A stretch of DNA of 61,728 nucleotides, counting the filler, from Deltaproteobacteria bacterium (GTDB taxonomy: Bacteria; JAUYMQ01): the NCBI GenBank assembly GCA_030698575.1. It is 12 parts of 12 records of this genome, joined end to end, with 100 filler letters (N's around TTAATTAATTAA, not from the genome) between each part and the next. Parts side by side here need not be neighbours in the genome. Positions count along the whole stretch, not along the records: positions 40,003 to 43,373 come from JAUYMQ010000220.1; positions 43,474 to 47,613 come from JAUYMQ010000228.1; positions 47,714 to 55,570 come from JAUYMQ010000229.1; 9 more parts are not named here. One strand, written 5' to 3'. The translations under genes were made by a program, and so were the position numbers. The notes beneath the pieces are model-generated. The model had not been told where the DNA came from. It saw only the letters and a list, made by a program, of their open reading frames with translations, and ran no database searches. Below are positions 41,499 through 50,290 of this stretch, piece after piece; position 1 is the first letter of the stretch; every line of letters starts with the position of its first letter.

Positions 41499-41563
41499 CA
41501 AGTCCTCCAGGCTGGGACGTGCTTCGGGGGCGGAGTGTATCACGAACGCCCGCCGCACCAATG

Positions 41564-41590
41564 AAAAAGGGCCTCGCGCTGCGAGGCCCT
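41564..41590 (-). terminator. intrinsic terminator after rpsI
   Basis: 10-bp stem AGGGCCTCGC/GCGAGGCCCT ending in a T-run on the minus strand. Confidence 0.8.
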
Positions 41591-41611
41591 CGAAGTGAAA
41601 GGTCCGGACAA

Positions 41612-42013
41612 TCAGCGCTTGCTGAACTGGTAACGGGCGCGGGCGCCGCGCTGTCCGTACTTCTTGCGTTCCTTGATCCGGCTGTCGCGCGTCACGAAGC
41701 CTGCCCGCTTGAGCGGGATGCGGAAACCCGGGTCGATGATCATCAGGGCTCGGGTGATGCCGTGCTTGATGGCGTCGGCCGCGCCGCTCATGCCGCCACC
41801 GCGCACCTTCACGTCGATGTCGTACTTGCCGAGTGTGTTGGTGATCTCGAGGGGCTGCTTGATGATCATCTTGGCCGTCTCGCGCCCGCCGAAGTAATCT
41901 TCGAGAGGCTTGGTGTTCACGATGAACTTGCCGTCACCGACCTTCAGCGTGACTCGCGCAACGGCGGTCTTTCGCTTGCCGGTGGTGCGGTACACGGACA
42001 TTGCTTCGGCCAT
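41612..42013 (-). CDS. rpsI: 30S ribosomal protein S9
   Basis: [11 protein letters not shown] and [16 protein letters not shown]. Confidence 0.98.
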   Translation of the reverse strand: MAEAMSVYRTTGKRKTAVARVTLKVGDGKFIVNTKPLEDYFGGRETAKMIIKQPLEITNTLGKYDIDVKVRGGGMSGAADAIKHGITRALMIIDPGFRIPLKRAGFVTRDSRIKERKKYGQRGARARYQFSKR

Positions 42014-42019
42014 GCGTTC

Positions 42020-42448
42020 CTAGACCTCTCTCGGCTGGGGCTGCTGCGCCTCGTGGGGATGCTCCGCACCGGCGTAGATTTTGAGCTTCTTGATCTGCGC
42101 CCGGCCGAGCTTCGTTTTCGGCATCATTCCCCAGACCGCCTCGTGAATGATGATGGTCGGGTCTTTCTCGCGCTGCTTCTCCGCGGTGATCCGCTTGAGC
42201 CCGCCGGGATAGCGCGTGTGGTGCGAGTACATCTTGTCGGTCCACTTCTTCCCCGTGAGGCGCACCTTCTCGGCGTTGACCACGACGACGAAGTCCCCGG
42301 TGTCCGTGTGCGGGGTATAGGTGGGCTTGGTCTTGCCGCGCAGAATATCGGCGATCTGCGTGGCTATGCGCCCGAGGACCTTCCCCTCCACATTGATCGT
42401 GTGCCAGTTCTGGGGCACTTCGCCCGGCTTGGCGGAGAAGGTCTTCAT
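42020..42448 (-). CDS. rplM: 50S ribosomal protein L13
   Basis: [22 protein letters not shown] and HPHEAQQP. Confidence 0.98.
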   Translation of the reverse strand: MKTFSAKPGEVPQNWHTINVEGKVLGRIATQIADILRGKTKPTYTPHTDTGDFVVVVNAEKVRLTGKKWTDKMYSHHTRYPGGLKRITAEKQREKDPTIIIHEAVWGMMPKTKLGRAQIKKLKIYAGAEHPHEAQQPQPREV

Positions 42449-42569
42449 GGCCCGATGGTATCCTGCCGCTTGAAGGGTTTTCTGGAGACCCGCGGAAGCA
42501 AAACGATTTTCACGGGCCGGGGCGCCCACCGTGAGGCAGCGGGCTGCCGCGGGGATGAGCGAGTCGGGC

Positions 42570-42598
42570 AAAATACCCGCCAAATACAGGTATGTCAA
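42570..42598 (-). promoter_or_regulatory. sigma70-type promoter of rplM-rpsI
   Basis: Minus strand TTGACA-N17-TATTTT. Confidence 0.7.
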
Positions 42599-42599
42599 G

Positions 42600-42673
42600 A
42601 GAGGGACAGTCCCCCTTTCCGCCTCTGCTGGCGAGAGGCTGCCGGGACGGGCGGAAAGGGGGACTGTCCCTCT
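42600..42673. repeat. 24-bp perfect inverted repeat (REP-like, GGGACAGTCCC core)
   Basis: AGAGGGACAGTCCCCCTTTCCGCC (42600-42623) and its exact reverse complement (42650-42673). Confidence 0.85.
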
Positions 42674-43373
42674 AGTAGTCGACCCGGATGAGCGTCAGCC
42701 CCCGGGCAGGGGCCGTGCGGCCGGCCCGGGTGCGATCGCGGCCCTCGAGCACCCGGGGCACCTCCGCGGGGTCCATCCGGCCCAGCCCCACCTCGACCAT
42801 CGTCCCAACAATGTTGCGCACCATGTAGCGGAGAAAGGCCGTGGCCTCGAGATCGAAGGCGACGAGCCCCCATCCCGGGCCGCCCTCCACCACGCACTCC
42901 GCGGCGACCGGCGCCGCATCGGAGGTCTCCCAGCGGCTGATTTCGAGTAGCCGGAGGTTTCTGACGGCGCTCCGGGCCTCGCACCCCGAAGCGCGGAAGG
43001 CGCTGAAATCGTGCTCACCGAGGAGCGTTTTCGCCGCCTGCCGCATTGCCTGCTGGTCGAGCGGCTCACGCTGGTGCCAGGCCCGGTGCCGCAGGAGCGG
43101 CGAGCGCGCCGGATGGCACCAGAGAAGGTAGCGGTAGTGCTTGCCCCGCGCGTCGCGGCGCGGGTCGAACTCCGGTGGCGCGTCCTCGGCGGCCAGCACG
43201 GCGATATCCTCTGGAAGCAGCGCGTTGAGCGCCTTGCGGATCCGCTCGGGCGGAAGGGATGCGTCAGTGGAGAAGCAGACCACCTGCCCGCGCGCGTGCA
43301 CGCCGGCGTCGGTCCGGCCAGCGGCGGCGGCGCGGGCGGGATGGCGAAGGATGACGGCGAGCTTCTCCTCGAG
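42672..43373 (-). CDS. truA: tRNA pseudouridine(38-40) synthase (5' partial)
   Basis: [28 protein letters not shown] and TAPARGL. Confidence 0.95.
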   Translation of the reverse strand, partial: LEEKLAVILRHPARAAAAGRTDAGVHARGQVVCFSTDASLPPERIRKALNALLPEDIAVLAAEDAPPEFDPRRDARGKHYRYLLWCHPARSPLLRHRAWHQREPLDQQAMRQAAKTLLGEHDFSAFRASGCEARSAVRNLRLLEISRWETSDAAPVAAECVVEGGPGWGLVAFDLEATAFLRYMVRNIVGTMVEVGLGRMDPAEVPRVLEGRDRTRAGRTAPARGLTLIRVDY

Positions 43374-43473
43374 NNNNNNNNNNNNNNNNNNNNNNNNNNN
43401 NNNNNNNNNNNNNNNNNTTAATTAATTAANNNNNNNNNNNNNNNNNNNNNNNNNNNNNNNNNNNNNNNNNNNN

Positions 43474-43830
43474 GATTCGCAGGTAGCCGCGGATCGCGGG
43501 TGGGCCGCGCCAGAGCGATCGCCCGCGCGCCCGGTGATCCATCGGCCCGGCGCCTCTTCATCCCGGCCGCTGCGAAGGAAGCCGCAGGACGGGGAGCGCG
43601 TGATTGATTACAGCTACGATCAATCGAGCGACTACGGCGATGAGCAGGGCGCGGAGAATCCCGGAGTGCCGGCGCTGGAGCCAGGCGCCCAGGTTTCGCA
43701 TCCCAATCTCGGTCTCGGCACGGTCGAGCGGCTCGAAGGAGAAGGGCGGCGGACCCGCGTGGTGGTTCGATTCCAGCGGGGCGGAACCCGGACCTTGATG
43801 CTGGCGTACTCGGAGCTCGAGATCGTATAG
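43474..43830 (+). CDS. pcrA: 3' end of a second, diverged pcrA/uvrD allele
   Basis: Colinear with 39526-39882; about 25 substitutions counted by eye. Confidence 0.9.
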   Translation, partial: DSQVAADRGWAAPERSPARPVIHRPGASSSRPLRRKPQDGERVIDYSYDQSSDYGDEQGAENPGVPALEPGAQVSHPNLGLGTVERLEGEGRRTRVVVRFQRGGTRTLMLAYSELEIV

Positions 43831-43914
43831 TGCCTACCCCCGCCGGCCCCACCGTCGGGCGCCGGCGCCGGCCCGGAAACCACATCACGTTCCAGATAAT
43901 CAGGGGAGTCGACA

Positions 43915-44217
43915 GTGAGCGACGCCAAGAAGCCCAGCACCGCGGAAGAGGAATACTTCGCTCGCGAGGAGCTGAAGCGCAGGGAGCAGACGAATATCAA
44001 GAAGGGCCACGAGGAGCGCGAAAAACTGAAGGCGCTTCACTGGATGCGCTGTCCGAAGTGCGGAAGCGAGCTTCACGAGGTGGCCTTCCGCGATGTTTCC
44101 ATCGACCGGTGCGAAGATTGCGGAGGAGTTTTCCTCGACCGGGGGGAGCTTGAGCAGCTTTCCGGATCGGAGGACAACGTCATCGGGGCGATTCTCCAGT
44201 ACTTCAAGAAGGACTAG
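43915..44217 (+). CDS. zf-TFIIB zinc-ribbon protein
   Basis: EEEYF, MRCPKCG, IDRCEDCGGVFLDRGEL. Confidence 0.85.
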   Translation: MSDAKKPSTAEEEYFAREELKRREQTNIKKGHEEREKLKALHWMRCPKCGSELHEVAFRDVSIDRCEDCGGVFLDRGELEQLSGSEDNVIGAILQYFKKD

Positions 44218-44256
44218 GCGCGCTCTGGAATCAACATCCCCAGACCCGAGAGGCCC

Positions 44257-44544
44257 ATGTCGAAGATCACCCGCGAGGAAGTCCTGCACGTGGCCAATCT
44301 GGCGCGACTCGCTCTGAGCGAGGACGAGGTAGATCGCTACGCGCGGCAGCTCGACGACATTCTGACTTACGCGGACAAGCTGAACGAGCTTGACACTGCG
44401 GGCGCGGAGCCCATGGCCCACGTTATCCCTCTCGAAACCGCCTTCCGGGAAGACCGCACGACGCCCTCGCTCGAAGTCGACGAGAGCCTCTCTAACGCGC
44501 CGGATCGGAGCGGGAACTTCTTCAAGGTCCCGAAAATCATCTGA
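44257..44544 (+). CDS. gatC: Asp/Glu-tRNA amidotransferase subunit C
   Basis: [14 protein letters not shown] and FKVPKII. Confidence 0.96.
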   Translation: MSKITREEVLHVANLARLALSEDEVDRYARQLDDILTYADKLNELDTAGAEPMAHVIPLETAFREDRTTPSLEVDESLSNAPDRSGNFFKVPKII

Positions 44545-44576
44545 GCCGCCGAGTGATCGTGACGACCCATGCCGAC

Positions 44577-46040
44577 ATGTCTCTTCACAGCCTGACCATC
44601 CACGAGGCCCGCGACGGAATCGTCCGTGGTGAGTTCACCGCCACGGCGCTTCTGGAAGCCGTTCTCGGCCGCATTGAAGCGCTGGACGGGAAGGTGAAGG
44701 CCTATCTCAGCGTGACCGCCGACGCCGCGCGCGCACAGGCGGCGCGGGTGGACGAGGCGCGCGGGCGCGGCGAGCCGCTGGGACCGCTCGCCGGCGTTCC
44801 GATCGCCCTGAAGGACATCTTTTGCACGAAGGGCGTCCGCACGACCTGCGGGTCACGGATCCTCGAGAACTTCGTTCCCCCTTATAACGCCACCGTGGTC
44901 GAGCGCCTCGCGGAAGCTGGTGCGGTGCTGGTGGGGAAGACGAACATGGACGAGTTCGCGATGGGCTCGTCCTGCGAGAACTCCGCCTTCGGGCCCACGC
45001 GAAACCCCTGGGATCTCGAACGGGTACCCGGGGGCTCATCGGGGGGGAGCGCCGCCGCCGTGGCTGCCGGGGAGTGCCTCGGCGCCCTCGGCACCGATAC
45101 CGGCGGAAGCGTGCGTCAGCCCGCCGCCAACTGCGGTGTTGTGGGCATGAAACCGACCTACGGGCGGGTTTCGCGCTACGGGGTCGTGGCCTTCGCGTCC
45201 AGCCTCGACCAGGTAGGGCCGCTCACGAAAGACGTGACGGATTGCGCGATACTGCTTCGGGCCATTGCGGGGCACGATCCGCGCGATTCAACCTCGATCC
45301 CGGAGGCGGTTCCCGACTACGAGGCGTCGCTGCGGGAAGGGCTTTCCGATCTCACGATCGGCCTTCCCCGGGAATACTTCGGCGAGGGGACCGATCCGGA
45401 AGTGCTTGCGGCGGTGCGCGGCGCGGCCGAAAGCCTCCAGTCGATGGGCGCCAAGACGCGCGAGGTGAGCCTCGCGACGACCCCTTACGCGGTCGCGGCC
45501 TACTATCTCATCGCCCCGGCCGAGGCCTCCTCGAACCTCGCGCGCTACGACGGCGTGAAGTACGGCTATCGCACCGCGGAAGCCGTCGATCTGCTCGACA
45601 TGTACGTGAGGACGCGCTCGGAGGGATTTGGCGCGGAGGTGAAGCGGCGGATCATGCTCGGAACCTACGCGCTCTCTTCGGGTTATTACGACGCGTACTA
45701 CCGCAAGGCCACGAGCGTCCGCTCGCTCATCCGCCGCGAGTTCGAGGAGAGCTTCCGCGAATGCGACGTGCTCCTCACCCCGGTTGCGCCCACCGCGGCT
45801 TTCCGCATCGGAGAAAAGATCGACGATCCGCTCACCATGTACATGTCGGACGTCTTCACGATCCCGGTGAACCTCGCAGGAATTCCGGGGCTCTCGCTCC
45901 CCTGCGGCTTCACCCGCGAGGGCCTGCCCATCGGGCTCCAGATCCTCGCGCGGCCACTCGCGGAGGGGACGATCCTGCGCGTGGCGCACGCCTACGAACA
46001 GGCCCACGAATGGCACCGCCGCCGGCCCGAGCCGGCCTGA
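44577..46040 (+). CDS. gatA: Asp/Glu-tRNA amidotransferase subunit A
   Basis: [36 protein letters not shown] and EVKRRI. Confidence 0.97.
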   Translation: MSLHSLTIHEARDGIVRGEFTATALLEAVLGRIEALDGKVKAYLSVTADAARAQAARVDEARGRGEPLGPLAGVPIALKDIFCTKGVRTTCGSRILENFVPPYNATVVERLAEAGAVLVGKTNMDEFAMGSSCENSAFGPTRNPWDLERVPGGSSGGSAAAVAAGECLGALGTDTGGSVRQPAANCGVVGMKPTYGRVSRYGVVAFASSLDQVGPLTKDVTDCAILLRAIAGHDPRDSTSIPEAVPDYEASLREGLSDLTIGLPREYFGEGTDPEVLAAVRGAAESLQSMGAKTREVSLATTPYAVAAYYLIAPAEASSNLARYDGVKYGYRTAEAVDLLDMYVRTRSEGFGAEVKRRIMLGTYALSSGYYDAYYRKATSVRSLIRREFEESFRECDVLLTPVAPTAAFRIGEKIDDPLTMYMSDVFTIPVNLAGIPGLSLPCGFTREGLPIGLQILARPLAEGTILRVAHAYEQAHEWHRRRPEPA

Positions 46041-46064
46041 GCCGGAAAATGGGGAGGAGAAGCA

Positions 46065-47215
46065 TTGCGCGTCACGTTCGTCACCGGGGGGACCGGACTC
46101 GTCGGGGGTGAGATGATCCCGCGCCTGCTGAACAACGACGGCGACGGGGTCGTCAAGGTGCTGGTCCGGGCACGCAGCGACGCAGAGGCCGCCCACCGGC
46201 TCGACGAGACGCTGAGCTTTCTTTTCAAGGAGGCCGATCTGCACCTTGCCCGCCGCCGCGTGAGCGCGCTGCGCGGCGACGTGACCCTCCCCCGGCTCGG
46301 CCTCGATCCCTCCACATTCGAAGCGCTGGGAAAGGAAGTGACCCACATCGTTCACTCGGCGGCCACCACCCGCTTCGACCAGCCTCTCGATGAGGCCTCG
46401 GCGGTCAACGTTCAGGGGACCCGGGAAGTTCTGGCGCTGGCCCTTCTGGCGTCCCGCTCCCGGCTCGAACGCTACCTGCACGTCAGCACCGCCTACGTTA
46501 GCGGCAATCGAAACGGCCGGATACTCGAAGACGACTTGTGGGCGGATCAGCGCTTCGTGAACTCCTACGAGTCGACGAAATGCCGCGCCGAGATCGACGT
46601 GCGGGCGCGCATGGGCGAAATCCCCGCAACCGTGGTGCGTCCCTGCGCCATCATCGGCGATTCCGGAACGGGAAGGACTCGCACCTTCAACGTCATCTAC
46701 TACCCGCTGAAGCTCCTGTCGCGCGGGCTCCTCCGGGTGCTTCCCGGATCACCCGCAACGCCCATCGATCTCGTGCCGGTCGATTATGTGGCCGATGCCA
46801 TGAACCACCTGCTCCTTCAGCGGGCGGCGGCCGGCCGGACATTCCACCTGACGGCCGGGGAGCAGGTCGAATCGATCGGAAACATCGCGCGGCTGGCGGT
46901 CCGATTCCTGAACGAGTCACGGAGCGCGGAAGCGCCCGCGGTCAGAGCCGTCCGCTTCGTTCCCCACGCGATGTTCCACCTCCTCCTGAAACCTCTCCTG
47001 AAGGCGGCCTACGGCGCGCGGGGGCGGGAGGTGATCGCGAAGCTGGAGGTCTATCTTCCCTACCTGACGACGCGGAAACACTTCGACACGTCGAACGCCC
47101 GCGAAGCGCTTCGCGGCACGGGGATCGCGCCGCCGCCCCTCGATCGCTACTTCGGCCGCGTGGTCCGCTACTGCCGCGAGACGGACTGGGGACGCCGCCC
47201 GCCCGGCGGGGCGGC

Positions 47216-47219
<4 letters not shown>
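46065..47219 (+). CDS. extended SDR, fatty acyl-CoA/thioester reductase-like
   Basis: [30 protein letters not shown] and YESTK (YxxxK). Confidence 0.85.
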
Positions 47220-47613
<394 letters not shown>

Positions 47614-47713
47614 NNNNNNNNNNNNNNNNNNNNNNNNNNNNNNNNNNNNNNNNNNNNTTAATTAATTAANNNNNNNNNNNNNNNNNNNNNNNNNNNNNNN
47701 NNNNNNNNNNNNN

Positions 47714-48106
47714 CACGAGGCCCAGCCGTGGCTGCAGGAAGCCGCGGAAGAACATCTCCTCTCCGAACCCGGAGAGAAGCGCGAGGGCCCAGACCTCCCG
47801 GCCTGAGAGCCGTCCCAGGAGCGCAGCGAAGGCGTCGGCCAGCGCCCGCCCCCAGCGCGTATACTGCGTCGTGAGCGCCGAGAGACCCACCACGCCCAGC
47901 CCCGCGAGGGCGCCGGTGACGAAACCGCCCACCGTATCCGCAACCGAGAAGCCCTCCGGATAAAAGAGGCCCGGCCCCTCGCTCGCCGCCTGCCACCAGA
48001 GCGGCACGGCCATGAGAAGCCCGTAGAAGGCCACGGCGGTCCGCATGAAGCGGCGGCGCGGCGCGGCCGTAGCAGGTTGCGCAGACTTATCGTGGCTCTC
48101 CGGCAT
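47714..48106 (-). CDS. CPBP/CAAX intramembrane protease (3' partial)
   Basis: TM helices and EExxxR motif (GEEMFFRG). Confidence 0.8.
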
Positions 48107-48171
48107 ATCATTCTCCGAACAAGGCGCGCGCCCCTGTTTCACAAGGCGGGGCGAAGGCTACAATCTAGCCC

Positions 48172-49041
48172 ATGAAGGCGGCAATGAGGCGAAATCGCGC
48201 GGTGAACTGGACGCTCCTGCACGCGCGGCTCGAAGGCCTCGCGCGCACTTACGACGCGCGCTACCTCGGCTCCGACCCCCTGCACCGCGTGCTGGCCTTT
48301 CGTTCCCGCGCCAACCGTGAGATCGGCGGATTCTTCGCCGCCGCGCTCGCCTACGGCAACGCGAAGGCCATCCTCGCGAGCCTCGACGATCTGTTCTCCC
48401 GCATGGACGGACACCCCGCCGCCTTCGTTCGCGCGTTCGAACCCCGGCGCGACGGCGCGAGACTGGCAAGCTTCCGGCACCGCTGGACCGTGGGAAAGGA
48501 TGTGGCCGATCTCGCGGAGATCCTGCAGGCGGCGCTCCGCGATCACGGCACGCTCGGTGCGCTCTTCACTCGCTGCCGGAGTGACGGCGAGCCCACGGTG
48601 CGCGAAGCGCTCGGGCGATTCGTCGGCGCGCTTCTGGCCTATGCGCCGGAGCTTCCGCCGGGAGCCGGGGTGAGATACCTGCTCTCCTCGCCCGCGGACG
48701 GCAGCGCCTGCAAGCGGATGAACCTCTATCTCCGGTGGATGGTGCGGAGGGACGACGGGATCGATTGCGGCCTGTGGCGGGACGTGCCGCCCTCCGCGCT
48801 CGTCATTCCGCTCGACACGCATGTGGCGCGCATCTCGGGATTTCTCGGCCTCACGCGCCGCAAGACGCCCGACTGGAAGATGGCCGTCGAGATCACCGAC
48901 GCGCTGCGCCGCCTTCACCCCGCCGACCCCGTGAAGTACGACTTCGCGATCTCGCGCCTGGGTATTCTCGATCACTGCCCCTCACGGCGTCACCTCCGCC
49001 GGTGCGCCGGTTGCCCGCTCCTCGAGATCTGCACCGCCTGA
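48172..49041 (+). CDS. TIGR02757 / DUF2400 family protein
   Basis: DP, AYG, SACKRMNLYLRWMVR, PLDTH, DPVKYDFA and C-terminal Cys cluster. Confidence 0.9.
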   Translation: MKAAMRRNRAVNWTLLHARLEGLARTYDARYLGSDPLHRVLAFRSRANREIGGFFAAALAYGNAKAILASLDDLFSRMDGHPAAFVRAFEPRRDGARLASFRHRWTVGKDVADLAEILQAALRDHGTLGALFTRCRSDGEPTVREALGRFVGALLAYAPELPPGAGVRYLLSSPADGSACKRMNLYLRWMVRRDDGIDCGLWRDVPPSALVIPLDTHVARISGFLGLTRRKTPDWKMAVEITDALRRLHPADPVKYDFAISRLGILDHCPSRRHLRRCAGCPLLEICTA

Positions 49042-49055
49042 ACGAACTTGGGGGG

Positions 49056-49189
49056 GATTGCTTCGTCGCTTCGCTCCTCGCAATGACATGCGATGGGACG
49101 CTCCTCGCAATGACATGCGATGGGACGCTCCTCGCAATGACATACGGCGGGAGGCGCCCGCAATGACATACGGCGGGAGGCGCCCGCAA
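49056..49189. repeat. REP-like element (GATTGCTTCGTCGCTTCGCTCCTCGCAATGAC) expanded into 27/26-bp tandem units
   Basis: GCAATGACAT at 49080, 49107, 49134 and 49160, with GCAA at 49186; intervening sequences are duplicated in pairs. Confidence 0.8.
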
Positions 49190-49224
49190 ACGAAACCCCC
49201 GTGAGCGGCGATGCCCACAGGGGT
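49188..49224 (-). terminator. intrinsic terminator after enoyl-CoA hydratase
   Basis: Minus strand CCCCTGTGGGC-ATCGCC-GCTCACGGGGG (two G-U pairs) followed by TTTCGTTT. Confidence 0.6.
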
Positions 49225-49256
49225 CAGGTGTTTCGTCTTGTGCTGGGGGATCGCGG

Positions 49257-50057
49257 TCAGCGCCCCTCGAACTTCGGCGGGCGCTTCTCCTTGAAGGCCC
49301 GAGGGCCCTCCCGCGCATCCTTGGACATGAACACAGGCATGGCCAGCTCGAGCTCGTGGGCCAGGGCCTCCTTCACGGGCAGCCCCTGGTTCTCGACCAC
49401 CGCCTGCTTGATCGCTTTCACGGCCAGCGGGCCGTTCGCGGCGATCTTCTTCGCAATCTCCTCGGCCTTGGCCATGAGCTGGTCTCCCGGCACGACGTAG
49501 CTCACGAAGCCCATGTCGAGCGCCGCCTTCGCGTCCCACCGATCGCCGGTCAGCAGATACTCCATGGCCCGGCTGTAGGGGATCTGACGCGGCAGCCGCA
49601 CCGATGAGCCGCCCATCGGGAAGATCGCCCACTTCGCTTCCGTGAGCGCGAAGGTGGCCTTCTCGGAAGCAACGCGGATGTCGGTGGCCTGAACCAGTTC
49701 GCATCCCCCGGCAAGGGCGTAGCCGTTCACCGCCGAGATGACCGGCTTCCAGAGCTCGAAATCTCTGAGGAGCGCCTTCTGCGAAAGCGTCGGATCTGCC
49801 TGGAGCGCCTTGTCGGCCTCGGTTTCAGGCTGGCGCGCGCCGGTGATGAGGGGGATGAGTTTTCCGAGATCGGCGCCGGAGCAGAACGCGTCGCCGGTGC
49901 CGGTCACGATGGCCACGCGCATGTCGTCGTCGTCCCGGAAATCCACCCAGGCGTTCGCGAGCGCCACCACCGTTTCGGGATCGAGCGCGTTCTTCGCCTC
50001 CGGTCGGTTCAGCCGGACGTAGGCGATGTGATCCTTCTTTTCGTAAACGACGGTCAT
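49257..50057 (-). CDS. enoyl-CoA hydratase/crotonase family protein
   Basis: LNRPEAKNA, AFCSGADL, AGGCEL, TEAKW and EG.RAFKEKRPP. Confidence 0.93.
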   Translation of the reverse strand: MTVVYEKKDHIAYVRLNRPEAKNALDPETVVALANAWVDFRDDDDMRVAIVTGTGDAFCSGADLGKLIPLITGARQPETEADKALQADPTLSQKALLRDFELWKPVISAVNGYALAGGCELVQATDIRVASEKATFALTEAKWAIFPMGGSSVRLPRQIPYSRAMEYLLTGDRWDAKAALDMGFVSYVVPGDQLMAKAEEIAKKIAANGPLAVKAIKQAVVENQGLPVKEALAHELELAMPVFMSKDAREGPRAFKEKRPPKFEGR

Positions 50058-50177
50058 GGCAAACCTCTTTTTCACGATGGGGAGTTACCCGGCGGCCCCG
50101 CCGGCGCCCACCCGAGTGCGGGCCGGGCGATTATAGCCGAAGCCTCGCGCGGCGCGCCAACGCCCGGATGAATTTGA

Positions 50178-50206
50178 TTCACTCCGACGTCGACCTGGGG
50201 TATAAT
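50178..50206 (+). promoter_or_regulatory. sigma70-type promoter of plsB
   Basis: TTCACT-N17-TATAAT. Confidence 0.6.
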
Positions 50207-50290
50207 GAGCCGATTCCCCGACGGACCGCCGTAGCGTCGGCCGACCGGAAACCATCCACGCGCCGCGCCCACCGGAACCGGACGAAAGTC

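Noticed and set aside
49056-49189. CRISPR array
   Set aside because: The conserved core is only about 10 bp, the period is 26-27 bp, the would-be spacers are duplicated, and no cas genes are present.
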